NCBI GenBank assembly: GCA_029569495.1
Contig: JAKQTB010000118.1
Coordinates: forward strand, 3,628 to 67,627
Length of the DNA stretch: 64,000 nt
Direction of reading: 5' to 3'
Source of the DNA: Pseudomonadota bacterium
Lineage (GTDB): Bacteria > Pseudomonadota > Gammaproteobacteria > Burkholderiales > Methylophilaceae
Within the stretch, counting starts at the first letter, position 1. Each line of letters starts with the position of its first letter. A program made the translations under genes and the position numbers. A model generated the notes under the pieces. That model did not search any database. It was given only the letters and a program-made list of their open reading frames with translations, and was not told the origin of the DNA. Positions 31,983 to 42,167 of the stretch are shown here, in pieces.

Positions 31983-33365
31983 CTAGGTTAATTCTACAGT
32001 TTCAAGATACTCAGCGACTTCAACATTCCAGCGTAATTGCTCTTCAATATGCAAGCGCATGGCATCCGCCGCAACGGGTTCGCCGTGAACCAAAAAGGTC
32101 TTTTTCGGTGGGTTTTCAAAACCGTTTAGCCAAGTAATGATTTCTGAATAATCTGCATGGGCGGATAAGTTAGAAACATATTCCACTTGTGCGCGTACTG
32201 GTACGTATTCGCCATGAATTTTAATACTTTCAGCGCCATCAAGCATGGCCGCGCCGCGTGTGCCGGCTGCCTGAAAACCAACAAAAAGAACGGTGTTTTT
32301 AGGGTCTGGCGCGAACGCTTTTAAATGATGTACTACGCGCCCGCCAGAGGCCATGCCACTTGCAGATAAGATTATCATTGGCCCTTTTGAAGTGTTGAGT
32401 CGTTTAGATTCATCTACACTATTAACAATGTGGGCGGTGTGACAGAGCGCCTGGCTTTGCTCATGCGTTAAGCGATGTTCATCTTTAAAGTGATTAAATA
32501 TGGCGGTGGCATCAACTGCCATGGGGCTATTGAGGTAAACAGGCGTGTCCTTGGCGATGGCATTAGATGCTTTAAGTAGGTGAATGTAATACAGCAACTC
32601 TTGCGCGCGGCCCACGGCAAAAACGGGAATGATGACAACGCCTTTGCGTTTGACGGTTTGGTTGATAATTTCAGCGAGTTTAATTTTGGGGTCTGATTTG
32701 TCGTGCAGGCGATTACCATAAGTGGATTCCAGCACTAAATAGTCAGCTTGTTGGATGATTGCAGGGGCTTTCATCAAAATGTCGTGTGGTCGCCCAATGT
32801 CACCAGAAAAAACAATTGACGTTTTTTGGTTGTGAATGCGCACAAAAGCTGAGCCCAATATGTGCCCATTTGGATATAGCTTTGCGAATAAGCCGTCACC
32901 TAAATCAATGTCTTGCTCGTACGGCACAGGTGTTAGTAGTGCTATGGCTTTTTGAGCATCTTCCTGTGTATAAAGCGGCAGCGCGGGGGTATGTTTAGAA
33001 AATCCTCCTTTATTGGCGTATCTCGCTTCTTCTTCCTGCAAATAAGCTGCGTCTAAAAGTAAGACTTCGCACAGGTCACGTGTGGCTTCGGTGCAATACA
33101 CTTTGCCAGAAAAGCCGTTTTTAACTAACAATGGTAAATAGCCACTGTGGTCAATGTGCGCGTGGGTCAAGATGACTGTTTGGATTTCTTGCGGGTTAAT
33201 TGGCAATGCGGCCCAGTTTCTCAGCCGTAATTGTTTAAGCCCTTGAAATAAGCCACAGTCTATTAAAACGCGCTTTTCGTCCCCTTGGGATGATTCACTT
33301 GTTAAGAGATATTTAGAGCCTGTTACCGTGCCTGTAGCGCCTAGAAACGTGATTTTCATTTGCAA
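31983..33365 (-). CDS. MBL-fold beta-CASP hydrolase (RNA-metabolising type)
   Basis: HAHIDHSG motif, beta-CASP region and C-terminal RMMBL-like end. 460 aa. Confidence 0.8.
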   Translation of the reverse strand: MQMKITFLGATGTVTGSKYLLTSESSQGDEKRVLIDCGLFQGLKQLRLRNWAALPINPQEIQTVILTHAHIDHSGYLPLLVKNGFSGKVYCTEATRDLCEVLLLDAAYLQEEEARYANKGGFSKHTPALPLYTQEDAQKAIALLTPVPYEQDIDLGDGLFAKLYPNGHILGSAFVRIHNQKTSIVFSGDIGRPHDILMKAPAIIQQADYLVLESTYGNRLHDKSDPKIKLAEIINQTVKRKGVVIIPVFAVGRAQELLYYIHLLKASNAIAKDTPVYLNSPMAVDATAIFNHFKDEHRLTHEQSQALCHTAHIVNSVDESKRLNTSKGPMIILSASGMASGGRVVHHLKAFAPDPKNTVLFVGFQAAGTRGAAMLDGAESIKIHGEYVPVRAQVEYVSNLSAHADYSEIITWLNGFENPPKKTFLVHGEPVAADAMRLHIEEQLRWNVEVAEYLETVELT

Positions 33366-33976
33366 TCTCCCGAGCTGGATTGGTCTTCTTGGTATTCTTT
33401 ATTGAGCGCTACGCGTATTGCTTCCAGTTTTGCTTCATAGTTGTCAGCTTCGCCGTATTCTAGAAAGTGCGCATAACGGCTATGTGTGCCTAAAATTTTG
33501 CGTGCGTGTTTAATGGGGCAGAAATATTGCTCAGTTCGCGCCACAATTTCACTAATGTAGGCAATCATGCCTGTGCCGTAGGCGCAGTAAGTGCAATGAA
33601 ACTTTTCAATAAAATTAAGATAATTGAGCTGCTGACGGTCAAAAATAATGTAGTCAGAACGTTTTACTTTTTTAATCCCGTAGATTGGAAAGCAGGTGAG
33701 TTGATAAAAGGTGATAAATAAATCCGTGATGAGTAAAGGCACAATCATTGAATAAATAATGGGCCCCGTAATTAAGTTTTGTGGCCTATCGGTGATGAGC
33801 CAGCGAAAGAAATTTCGTTTTAGCCGACGATGCGTTTCTTTGATGGATTGTTCAAACTCAACGCGTTTACCTTTAATTTGAAAAAATATACTGGATTGTT
33901 GTTCGTTAAGGGCTGTGCGAAGCTCATCTTCGAGCGAGGTGATTTGGGCTAACAGTTGCTGAATACGGTCGTTCAT
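33356..33976 (-). CDS. uncharacterised membrane protein with coiled coil and Cys/His-rich C-terminal region
   Basis: 206-aa ORF. Its stop overlaps the MBL gene start by 10 nt. Contains a TM hairpin and the motifs HCTYCAY and YFCPIKHA. Confidence 0.5.
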   Translation of the reverse strand: MNDRIQQLLAQITSLEDELRTALNEQQSSIFFQIKGKRVEFEQSIKETHRRLKRNFFRWLITDRPQNLITGPIIYSMIVPLLITDLFITFYQLTCFPIYGIKKVKRSDYIIFDRQQLNYLNFIEKFHCTYCAYGTGMIAYISEIVARTEQYFCPIKHARKILGTHSRYAHFLEYGEADNYEAKLEAIRVALNKEYQEDQSSSGDCK

Positions 33977-34068
33977 CGGTGCTCCAGTTTTTATGGCACA
34001 TTATTATTTAACGCACAGACGCCGATGCTTACTCTTTTGAGGTGAGAGTAAGCACTCACATGGTAAGT

Positions 34069-34635
34069 TTACCAGGTTCTAATTCGACCAACGTCCATGT
34101 GCACAAAATTTGAACCCGGGTAATAGCCGACACCGCCTCCTTGCAACGCAATTGCAGCTTCTCTCACATGTTTTAAAGGCGTGCCTTCAATGCGAATATC
34201 AATGGCTTTACCTTGCATGTGCAAACTGCGTTTGGCGACGCCGCCAGAATTAGCGGCTAAGTTTGCATTGGTTTTGGGTGAGCGGTAGCCTGAAATAATT
34301 TGGAATGGTTGATTGGTACCGAGTGTGCTACGTAAGCTATGAAGCAAATCTAGTAGTTGCGGGTCCATTGGCAACACTTCATCTGTACGAAAATCGCGTA
34401 AAATGTGGTCAATGCCAGCCAGTGCATCTGGAATGTAGCCACCTTCAGACCAATATTCGGCTTTGAGATTTTCGCCAGTGTGTAGATTATAAAAAGCCAA
34501 CTCGCGAACGATAGTATCTTTGGCATCTTGTGGCTTGAAAGTAGCAAGCGCAGGGCGACTGCTAAGGCCTGCCAAAGCGAGCGCCATGCTACTTTTCAGT
34601 AGATTGCGGCGTGTTTTGCAAATTTCATTTTTCAT
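34069..34635 (-). CDS. DUF882 / peptidase M15A (YcbK/MepK-like) periplasmic peptidase
   Basis: Tat-like signal TRRNLLKSS and SGYRSP...H..G.A.D-type motifs. Confidence 0.75.
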   Translation of the reverse strand: MKNEICKTRRNLLKSSMALALAGLSSRPALATFKPQDAKDTIVRELAFYNLHTGENLKAEYWSEGGYIPDALAGIDHILRDFRTDEVLPMDPQLLDLLHSLRSTLGTNQPFQIISGYRSPKTNANLAANSGGVAKRSLHMQGKAIDIRIEGTPLKHVREAAIALQGGGVGYYPGSNFVHMDVGRIRTW

Positions 34636-34661
34636 GGTTTGGTACCTCTTTATTAACTTAG

Positions 34662-35591
34662 CTAATATTCGCGCGTGACATCTCTTGCAATGCCGTCGCG
34701 CGCTTCTAGCACATGCTTTGCGCGCTCCCAGTCAATGCGCTCTGCTAACATGGCGTCATTTGCCATTTGTTCAAGTGCCTTTAGTGAAGCATCCAGCTTG
34801 CGATACGCACGCTGGTTTTTATAAATGTTTTGATGAGCCTCAACAAAAATTCTACCCTCAGATTCTGCTAAAAGCAAAGGGGCATAAATAATATTGCCTG
34901 TGGCTTCTGGTTCAATCTGGTTAAACAAAACTTCAATATCATCTGGATGCAAACGGATGCAGCCGTGACTTTGAAAGCGATAAATACTGGCAGGTGCCGT
35001 GGTGCCATGAATGCCGATACCAGACAGGCTTAAACCCAGCCAATATTTACCCAGCGGATTATTTGGGCCGGGCGGTACATGCGTTTTCACGGCTTTACCT
35101 TCACGTCGCATTTCTTCTTGAATCGATATCGGCACAATCCAAGTTTTATTGGCTATTTTGTTCTTAACTTTAAATTCCCCTGTAGGTGTTGGCCAAGTGG
35201 GCTTGCCCAACGCCACAGGATAGGTCAGATTCAATAGCCCATCTTGATAAAAATAAAGCATGCGCTGCGGCAGGTTGATCAGTAAATCCAGCCCCTGAGC
35301 ATCGGGCACGATATGCCGATTATCGATTTGCAAGGTTTGCTCGGGTGTTAGTGCTGCATTTGGCTTTAAGCCATTTTCCCGCGCTAACACCGCGCTTGAT
35401 ATACCAAAACGTGCGCTAATTTTAGTGAGTGTATCACCAGCCTGCACTGTATACTCAAATACGTTGCCACTTAACTGCCAAGATGCAGACTGGGCGAACG
35501 GAAGTGTGGTACTTGTCAGGCAACTGGCAAATATTAACCAGCGCGCCCATTGCAACCAGTTTACATGTTGTTTATCGCTTAAAAAACCCAT
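34662..35591 (-). CDS. L,D-transpeptidase with LysM domain
   Basis: LysM motif YTVQAGDTLTKISARFG and YkuD catalytic motif SHGCIRL. Confidence 0.8.
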   Translation of the reverse strand: MGFLSDKQHVNWLQWARWLIFASCLTSTTLPFAQSASWQLSGNVFEYTVQAGDTLTKISARFGISSAVLARENGLKPNAALTPEQTLQIDNRHIVPDAQGLDLLINLPQRMLYFYQDGLLNLTYPVALGKPTWPTPTGEFKVKNKIANKTWIVPISIQEEMRREGKAVKTHVPPGPNNPLGKYWLGLSLSGIGIHGTTAPASIYRFQSHGCIRLHPDDIEVLFNQIEPEATGNIIYAPLLLAESEGRIFVEAHQNIYKNQRAYRKLDASLKALEQMANDAMLAERIDWERAKHVLEARDGIARDVTREY

Positions 35592-35730
35592 TGATTAATA
35601 TCACCAGTTTAACAGTTAATCGACAGTATACCTCTACGTGCTAGCACGCATTCTTAAATGTGGAATGAATGTTTATATTGGAACAATAAGCTTTTATTGG
35701 TTCAAATTGAAAAAAAGTATAGGAGATACT

Positions 35731-36102
35731 ATGACCGCAATCAACAAGCAACACATTGCCACACTTAAACTTGCGATGGAATCTGAGTTAGCGCGATTGT
35801 TGCATGAAGTAAAAGATGAGATGGACCCAGCACTCAGGCCGAGTTTTGCCGATGTGAGCGGCGAAGTGACTGATTCTGGAGATGAATCTATTGCGGAATC
35901 TGTGGTGGATTTGGACAACGCCATGATTGGTTTGCATCTGCAAAAAGTGAATGATTTATATGCTGCACTCGATAGAATACAGGCCGGTGTTTATGGCATT
36001 TGTGGTGACTGTGGTGAATCGGTCAGTGTAGAGCGATTAACAGCCTACCCGACAGCTAAACGCTGTATTAACTGTCAAACAGTGCGTGAAAAAAGAGCAT
36101 AA
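35731..36102 (+). CDS. DksA/TraR-family C4 zinc-finger regulator
   Basis: CGDCGESV...RCINCQ zinc finger. ATG 35731 has a GGAG RBS (track ORF starts at 35638). Confidence 0.75.
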   Translation: MTAINKQHIATLKLAMESELARLLHEVKDEMDPALRPSFADVSGEVTDSGDESIAESVVDLDNAMIGLHLQKVNDLYAALDRIQAGVYGICGDCGESVSVERLTAYPTAKRCINCQTVREKRA

Positions 36103-36175
36103 ATGCTATTTATATCAAATCAAAAAAACACGAAAAAATCGGGCTGAAATATGTAATTTATATTGCCACTTTCAC

Positions 36176-36239
36176 ATGAGAAAAATTTAATGCCCTGCGA
36201 GCCTTTATTTATAAGGCTCGCAGGGCAGCGAAAAAGGTT
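36176..36239 (-). repeat. 64-bp hairpin repeat, copy E7 (perfect stem)
   Basis: Reverse complement reads aacctttttcgctgccctgcgagcc-ttataaataaa-ggctcgcagggcattaaatttttctcat. Confidence 0.9.
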
Positions 36240-36269
36240 GGCAATGAATTGGCGCTGTAAATGTAAAAT

Positions 36270-36770
36270 CTAGCGCGTCCAATACACCCGAACCAAATTT
36301 TCTCCAGGGGTATGTTCTACTTTTAATTCACCTTGATAGGCGTGGTGGATTGCTTCACCGATACCGCGGGCTAGATGCGTATCCGTTGTTGTGACTAGCA
36401 ATGCCCCAGCTTGATTTTCTAATGCAATGATACGCTTTAGTGGGTGCTCTGAGCGCTCATGTTCAGCATGATGTTGAATTAAGCGCCTTATTTCTTCACT
36501 ATGGCTGTCAAAAAATGGGCCTTTCAATGTCACGTAACCCGCAGGTGCGTTGTCATTCATGCGGTGACAAGCTGGGCATGTGACATGGTCGGCATCGGTA
36601 GGCGCATTTATCCATTGCCATCGCCCTTCATGATAAACCGCACCGCATTGCCCACAGACCGCAGGCTCTGCTAATTTACCCTTGCTTTTATAAGCGTCCG
36701 CATCTTGCTCAAAACCTGGGCGATTAAAGTTACCGGGATTGTGGGTTGAAGATGTTTTGTTGATAGTCAT
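36270..36770 (-). CDS. uncharacterised zinc-ribbon protein
   Basis: 166-aa ORF with CGQCG...CPACH. I recall similar proteins in USP-rich stress loci, but this is unverified. Confidence 0.45.
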   Translation of the reverse strand: MTINKTSSTHNPGNFNRPGFEQDADAYKSKGKLAEPAVCGQCGAVYHEGRWQWINAPTDADHVTCPACHRMNDNAPAGYVTLKGPFFDSHSEEIRRLIQHHAEHERSEHPLKRIIALENQAGALLVTTTDTHLARGIGEAIHHAYQGELKVEHTPGENLVRVYWTR

Positions 36771-36832
36771 GGTATATTTCCTTTCGTGTGTAGTTAATAT
36801 GCTTTTTAAAATGCGTTTGCAGAGGCCAGTCC

Positions 36833-37282
36833 CTAGCGCCGTTTCGTTGCTTCGTTTTTTTGTTCGCGAACCACTAACTTACTGAACGCACCAAGCTCTT
36901 TGCCGAGTAGTAGCAGTAGGTCGTCCAAAGTGATGATGCCGAGCAGACTGCCTTCATCGCCTACGACTGGCAGGCGCCGTATGCCTTTGCTTGACATCAA
37001 TGTAATGGCCTCTAAAACACCTGAGTTTTCTTTTATGGTTATCAGGCCATGCACCATGATATCGCCGGCAGTAATCACCGCGCTATCGAGCTCCGTGGCC
37101 ACCACTTCCACTACGACATCACGGTCAGTGACAATGCCAACCGGTACGGTTTTATCTTTGTGGTTTTCAATCACCACCACATCACCGACATGATATTGAC
37201 GCATGAGCGAGGCCACATGCAGTATGGTGGCATCACGTTGCACGGTAATGACTTCACGATTACAAATTGCACTTATGGTCAT
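36833..37282 (-). CDS. CBS-domain pair protein
   Basis: Two CBS repeats. 149 aa. Overlaps the ackA stop by 4 nt. Confidence 0.8.
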   Translation of the reverse strand: MTISAICNREVITVQRDATILHVASLMRQYHVGDVVVIENHKDKTVPVGIVTDRDVVVEVVATELDSAVITAGDIMVHGLITIKENSGVLEAITLMSSKGIRRLPVVGDEGSLLGIITLDDLLLLLGKELGAFSKLVVREQKNEATKRR

Positions 37283-38394
37283 GAGGTTTCTCCTTTTATT
37301 GTTATCGGGTTTGTTAAATACCAGCGTCGAGCTAAGCGTTCAATTTCCGCTTCTTCATCGGCTGGAATAATTAAGATAGGTTTCGATGTAAGGGTGTTGA
37401 GGAAGGTCAGGTTGAGTGCATTTGCGTCGGTATTTAAATGAAAGCCAAGAAACGCTAACGGCTCACAAATCAATGCGCGAACCAGCGCGGCGTGTTCGCC
37501 GATGCCGCCGGTAAATACTAGTGCATCAATGCCGCCCACCTTGGCAGCATATCCACCAATTGCGGCACGTACTTGCCGTGCAAAATAGGCCACTGCGAAC
37601 TTGGCACTTTCGCTTTCACTTTCAATAAGCGTCTGCATATCACTGCTTTCACCATCAGATAGCGCAATTAAGCCCATTTGGTGATACACAAGCTTAGATA
37701 ATTCCGCGGCATCAAATTGTTTGCTGAGTTCTAACATGACACCTGGGTCGATTTCACCACTGCGCGTCCCCATCGGAATGCCGCCCGCTGTGCTGTAGCC
37801 CATGCTGGTATCAACAGAAACAAGATTTTCCAGTAGACATAAACTGGCGCCATGACCCAAATGCGCAATGACGATACGTCCATTTGCAGTCTCGCCCAAG
37901 AGCAGAGATAGCTGCCGCGCAACATGCGCATAATTGATGCCATGAAAACCAAAACGCCGTATTTTGAGTGACTGTGGAATCGGTAAGCGGTACGCAATTT
38001 CTGGTAGCGTGCTGTGAAAGCTGGTATCAAAGCAGGCAATTTGCGGGCAAGTAAACTGCTTGGCACATAAATCTACCCCCAGTAAATTACTGGCAAGATG
38101 CAGAGGTGCTAATGGAGTCAGGTTTTCAAGCCGAGCGCGTTCTGCCTCATCTATCAGTCTAGCCGCGTCCGCGACTTCGCCACCATGCACAAACCGATGC
38201 CCGATAATATCGGGTTGGATGTTTGCCAAATCTTCTAGCAATGCTTTAAAAGCGTTGGCATAATTTTTTGCTTGATTGCTATCAAGATGTTTGTAATGAA
38301 AGTTCTTTCGTTCACTACCAGCCTGAAACAAGCTCGCTTTCAAGCTAGATGAACCGCTGTTGATGGTTAGTATGGTAAGTTCGGCCATGTCCAA
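37279..38394 (-). CDS. ackA: acetate kinase
   Basis: N-terminal [12 protein letters not shown] motif and acetate/propionate kinase family sequence. Its start overlaps the end of the phosphoketolase gene by 28 nt. Confidence 0.85.
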   Translation of the reverse strand: MDMAELTILTINSGSSSLKASLFQAGSERKNFHYKHLDSNQAKNYANAFKALLEDLANIQPDIIGHRFVHGGEVADAARLIDEAERARLENLTPLAPLHLASNLLGVDLCAKQFTCPQIACFDTSFHSTLPEIAYRLPIPQSLKIRRFGFHGINYAHVARQLSLLLGETANGRIVIAHLGHGASLCLLENLVSVDTSMGYSTAGGIPMGTRSGEIDPGVMLELSKQFDAAELSKLVYHQMGLIALSDGESSDMQTLIESESESAKFAVAYFARQVRAAIGGYAAKVGGIDALVFTGGIGEHAALVRALICEPLAFLGFHLNTDANALNLTFLNTLTSKPILIIPADEEAEIERLARRWYLTNPITIKGETS

Positions 38395-40772
38395 GCGTCT
38401 TCTTCGGGTAAATCTACCCCATATTCATATGCATAACTACAGCATTCTATTTGTCTATTGCGTAACTTTTCTTGCACATGCGCGCCTATCGTTTGCAATG
38501 CGGGGATGCGATTAATCGCAGCAATTGCTAAGCTAAAACGGTCAATTTCATTTTGAATGGCGAGTTCTAAAGGTGTATTGATGCTGCCCTTTTCTTTATA
38601 GCCACGCACATGCAAGTTGTCATGATTGGTACGACGATACGTTAGCCGATGAATGAGATACGGGTAACCATGGAAGTTAAAAATAATCGGTTTATCTGTT
38701 GTGAATAAACTATCAAAATCTCGGTCAGAAAGGCCATGCGGGTGCTCATTTTGGGGGGTTAATTTGTACAAATCCACCACATTGATAAATCGAATTTTTA
38801 GCTCCGGAAAATACTCGCGTAATAGCGCAGTGGCTGCCAGTGCCTCTTTGGTTGGAATGTCCCCAGCGCACGCCATGATTAAATCTGGCTCAAGTCCTGC
38901 ATCGTTACTCGCCCACTCCCAAATGCCCAAGCCTTTTGTACAATGCTGGATGGCGGCATCCATATCTAAATATTGCAGGTGTTTTTGTTTGTCGCAAACA
39001 ATGACGTTGATATAGTCGGTGCTATTAAGGCAATGGTTTGCCACCGTAAGCAAGCAATTCACATCGGGCGGCAAATAAATACGCGTGATTTCAGGGCTTT
39101 TATTCACAACAATATCAAGAAAGCCAGGGTCTTGATGCGTGAACCCATTGTGATCTTGCCGCCAAACAGTAGAAGTGATGAGCAAGTTAAGCGATGAAAC
39201 TGGCGCACGCCAGGCAACCGCTTTTGACATGGCCAACCATTTGGCATGCTGGTTGAACATCGAATCAATGACATGTACAAAAGATTCATAGGTCGAGAAA
39301 AAACCATGTCGCCCGGTAAGCAAGTAGCCCTCTAACCAGCCTTCAACAGTGTGCTCAGAAAGTATTTCCATCACACGACCATCAGGGGACAACTCTCCAC
39401 CATCTGCATCTTCTGGCAGATAGCCATTGACCCAAGTTTTTTTACTCACCTCATAAACGTCATCCAGTTTATTGGAGCTATTTTCATCCGGGCCGAATAC
39501 GCGAAAGTTCTGGCTGTTTCGTTGCATGATGTCACGCAGGAACTTGCCTAGCGGCTTGGTATTCGGGGCTGAAATTTTCCCATGAGCGTCTAAGGCTAAT
39601 GCATGGTCTTTAAAATCAGGCATGCGTAAGGCTTTACGAATGAGACCACCATTGGCTTGTGGGTTGGCGCTCATCCGCTGGTTACCGGATGGCGCGAGCG
39701 CCTTGAGTGAAGGTATAAGTCGCCCATTATCGTCAAATAACTCTTCGGGTTGATAGCTGCGTAGCCAGTTTTCTAACTGCGCTAGGTGTTTTGAATCTTC
39801 TTTCACCTTACCTAAAGGCACTTGATGCGCGCGCCAAAACCCTTCCACTTTGTGACCATCCACTTCTTTTGGGCCAGTCCAGCCTTTTGGGCTGCGCAAC
39901 ACAATCATTGGCCAGCTAGGACGCGTAGCGCTATTATTTTCCCTCGCATTTTTTTGAATGCGCCTGATTTCATTGACGCATGTTTCTAGCGTGCTGGCCA
40001 TTATTTTGTGCATCGTGAGGGGGTCGTCGCCCTCAACAAAATAGGGTTCCCAGCCATAGCCCTTAAACAGACTTTCAAGTTCTGCATGCGGAATGCGCGA
40101 GAGAATCGTGGGGTTGTTGATTTTATAACCGTTGAGGTGCAGGATGGGTAACACAGCGCCGTCATGAATAGGGTTTAAAAATTTATTTGAGTGCCAAGAA
40201 GTCGCAAGCGGGCCTGTTTCTGATTCGCCATCCCCTACAACAACAGTCACCAATAAATCGGGATTATCGAAAGCCGCCCCAAAAGCATGTGAAATGCTGT
40301 AACCCAACTCACCCCCTTCATGAATTGAGCCCGGCATTTCTGGCGTGCAGTGGCTACCGATGCCGCCGGGGAATGAAAACTCTTTAAAAAACTGGCGTAA
40401 TCCCTCTTCATCTTCGCCTTTGTTTGGATAAACCTCGCTGTAGGTGCCTTCTAAATAAATGGGTGCTAGTACACCAGGTGCACCGTGGCCAGGGCCTGCA
40501 AGAAAAATAGCATTCAGACCATATTTTTTAATTAAACGATTGATGTGAATATAAGCAAAACTTAGCCCTGGACTTGAACCCCAATGCCCAAGCAGGCGCT
40601 GTTTAATATGTTCAGGCTTGAGCGGTAATTTTAATAGTGGATTATCGCGCAGGTATATCATGCCAGCCGCCAGGTAATTACATGCGCGCCAGTAGGCATT
40701 GATTTGTTGAAGTTCATGCGCTGATAGCAGCTGTTGTTCTGCATGCTCGATACTGCTTTTTGAACGGCTCAT
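38367..40772 (-). CDS. xfp: xylulose-5-P/fructose-6-P phosphoketolase
   Basis: 801 aa with signatures [11 protein letters not shown] and EGGELGYS and a TPP-binding GDGE. Confidence 0.9.
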   Translation of the reverse strand: MSRSKSSIEHAEQQLLSAHELQQINAYWRACNYLAAGMIYLRDNPLLKLPLKPEHIKQRLLGHWGSSPGLSFAYIHINRLIKKYGLNAIFLAGPGHGAPGVLAPIYLEGTYSEVYPNKGEDEEGLRQFFKEFSFPGGIGSHCTPEMPGSIHEGGELGYSISHAFGAAFDNPDLLVTVVVGDGESETGPLATSWHSNKFLNPIHDGAVLPILHLNGYKINNPTILSRIPHAELESLFKGYGWEPYFVEGDDPLTMHKIMASTLETCVNEIRRIQKNARENNSATRPSWPMIVLRSPKGWTGPKEVDGHKVEGFWRAHQVPLGKVKEDSKHLAQLENWLRSYQPEELFDDNGRLIPSLKALAPSGNQRMSANPQANGGLIRKALRMPDFKDHALALDAHGKISAPNTKPLGKFLRDIMQRNSQNFRVFGPDENSSNKLDDVYEVSKKTWVNGYLPEDADGGELSPDGRVMEILSEHTVEGWLEGYLLTGRHGFFSTYESFVHVIDSMFNQHAKWLAMSKAVAWRAPVSSLNLLITSTVWRQDHNGFTHQDPGFLDIVVNKSPEITRIYLPPDVNCLLTVANHCLNSTDYINVIVCDKQKHLQYLDMDAAIQHCTKGLGIWEWASNDAGLEPDLIMACAGDIPTKEALAATALLREYFPELKIRFINVVDLYKLTPQNEHPHGLSDRDFDSLFTTDKPIIFNFHGYPYLIHRLTYRRTNHDNLHVRGYKEKGSINTPLELAIQNEIDRFSLAIAAINRIPALQTIGAHVQEKLRNRQIECCSYAYEYGVDLPEEDAWTWPNLPY

Positions 40773-40801
40773 TTTCCCACCTGTAAAAACGCTAAAAGTG
40801 A

Positions 40802-41266
40802 TTATTTATCTGATTCAGCCGCATGCATATGCTTAACCAGCAAGACAGGTACTGAACTTTTGCGTATGACGGTTTCAGCATCACTGCCTAGCACTAGACG
40901 TTCGACGCCTCTAAGGCCGTGCGTTCCCATCACAATTAAATCAGCAGGCCACGCATTTGCTTCATCTAAAATCAGTTTTGAAACGCGGTGACCAAAAGTC
41001 TCTACCATTTTAGTCTCGGTTTTAACACCTACGTTGGCGGCTTCAGTCTCTGCACTTTTAAGTACCTTGTGTCCATTTTTGCGTAATATATCGTCGATAT
41101 ACACCACATTGAAGTCACCTGTGGCATCGGCGATTGGAAAATAAAGGTCAATTACATTGATAAAACGCAACGTTGCTTGCTGGTTTTTAGCCAGTTTTAT
41201 CGCCTCTATCATGCCGCAGTTTGAAGTGGCGCTGCCATCCACTGGGCAAAGTATGTGTTCGTACAT
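40802..41266 (-). CDS. universal stress protein (single UspA domain)
   Basis: UspA fold motifs ILCPVDGS and [15 protein letters not shown]. Confidence 0.85.
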   Translation of the reverse strand: MYEHILCPVDGSATSNCGMIEAIKLAKNQQATLRFINVIDLYFPIADATGDFNVVYIDDILRKNGHKVLKSAETEAANVGVKTETKMVETFGHRVSKLILDEANAWPADLIVMGTHGLRGVERLVLGSDAETVIRKSSVPVLLVKHMHAAESDK

Positions 41267-41319
41267 TTTTTATCCTTTCGACTGAATTAACTTTATTCTA
41301 TTGAGCCGTGATGTTTAAT

Positions 41320-41901
41320 TTACGGGCCAGTTACCTCTGAAATATTGGCAAGTATCAGCGGGCTTTTTCGTTTTGACGGGGTAATTTCATCATCGGGATA
41401 GCCTACAACAATAGGGGCTACAACGGTATAGTCGGCCGGAATGGCTAACATTGACCGCACTTTAGCGATGCTAAAGGCAGGCATGGCGCTGCCAATAATA
41501 CATGTGCCAAGGCCCATCGCGCAGGCTGCTAACATTAGGTTTTCGGCGGCCAGCCAACAATCAGCCTCAACAAAAGGAACGGCAGCTTTACCGCAAATAA
41601 GAATAAGTGTGTTGGCGTTATAAAAAATGTTGAAATCTGTTTGGTTGAAGTCTTCTAATTTCTGGTTGTTGTGCAATGCTTGTTGTTTTATTTGCTCCAA
41701 AAAAATTGGCCTAGCTATTGCGGAAAGTTGCAAGAGCAAATTTATATCTTGCACAATAATAAAGCCCCACGGCTCTTGATGCATGGCGGTTGGCGCCCTC
41801 ACTGCTGCTTCAAGCAGGGTGCGGAGGATGGTTTGATCGACCACGCGCGCTTTGTATTGCCTGACAGAGCGCCTTGCAAGTATCGTTTCAAAAATATTCA
41901 T
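41320..41901 (-). CDS. nitroreductase-family protein
   Basis: MNIFETILARRSVRQY start at 41901 (track ORF starts at 41925). Confidence 0.8.
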   Translation of the reverse strand: MNIFETILARRSVRQYKARVVDQTILRTLLEAAVRAPTAMHQEPWGFIIVQDINLLLQLSAIARPIFLEQIKQQALHNNQKLEDFNQTDFNIFYNANTLILICGKAAVPFVEADCWLAAENLMLAACAMGLGTCIIGSAMPAFSIAKVRSMLAIPADYTVVAPIVVGYPDDEITPSKRKSPLILANISEVTGP

Positions 41902-42167
41902 ATCAACCTTAGGGGCTAGCATCATAGATTGCCCTTTTCAATATAGGCCTAGTAACAGTGCAACCACAGTAGCAAGAATATGCGCCCTAAGAAATCCGCG
42001 CGAACACGTATAGTTTGCGGGAGATTCTTTTTGAAGAAAATGAGGTGCGTTGGCTTTGAGAGGGGTATTTGGCTGAGTAGTTTGTCGCCAAAATGTTGGG
42101 GCTATATTCGTTGTGCCTAAGGTTTTAGTTTCAACTGAACCATCGGCGCAACGATTATTTAAAAGCG

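Noticed and set aside
35637-35648. The perfect 12-bp palindrome CGTGCTAGCACG, considered on its own.
   Set aside because: About 16 perfect 12-bp palindromes are expected by chance in 64 kb. It is kept only as part of the weak shared-motif observation.
41980-42120. A 46-aa basic, Cys-rich ORF (MRPKKSARTRIVCGRFFLKKMRCVGFERGIWLSSLSPKCWGYIRCA) in the 243-bp gap upstream of the nitroreductase operon.
   Set aside because: It has no convincing RBS. It is on the opposite strand to all neighbours and lies within the probable promoter region. It cannot be supported without expression data.
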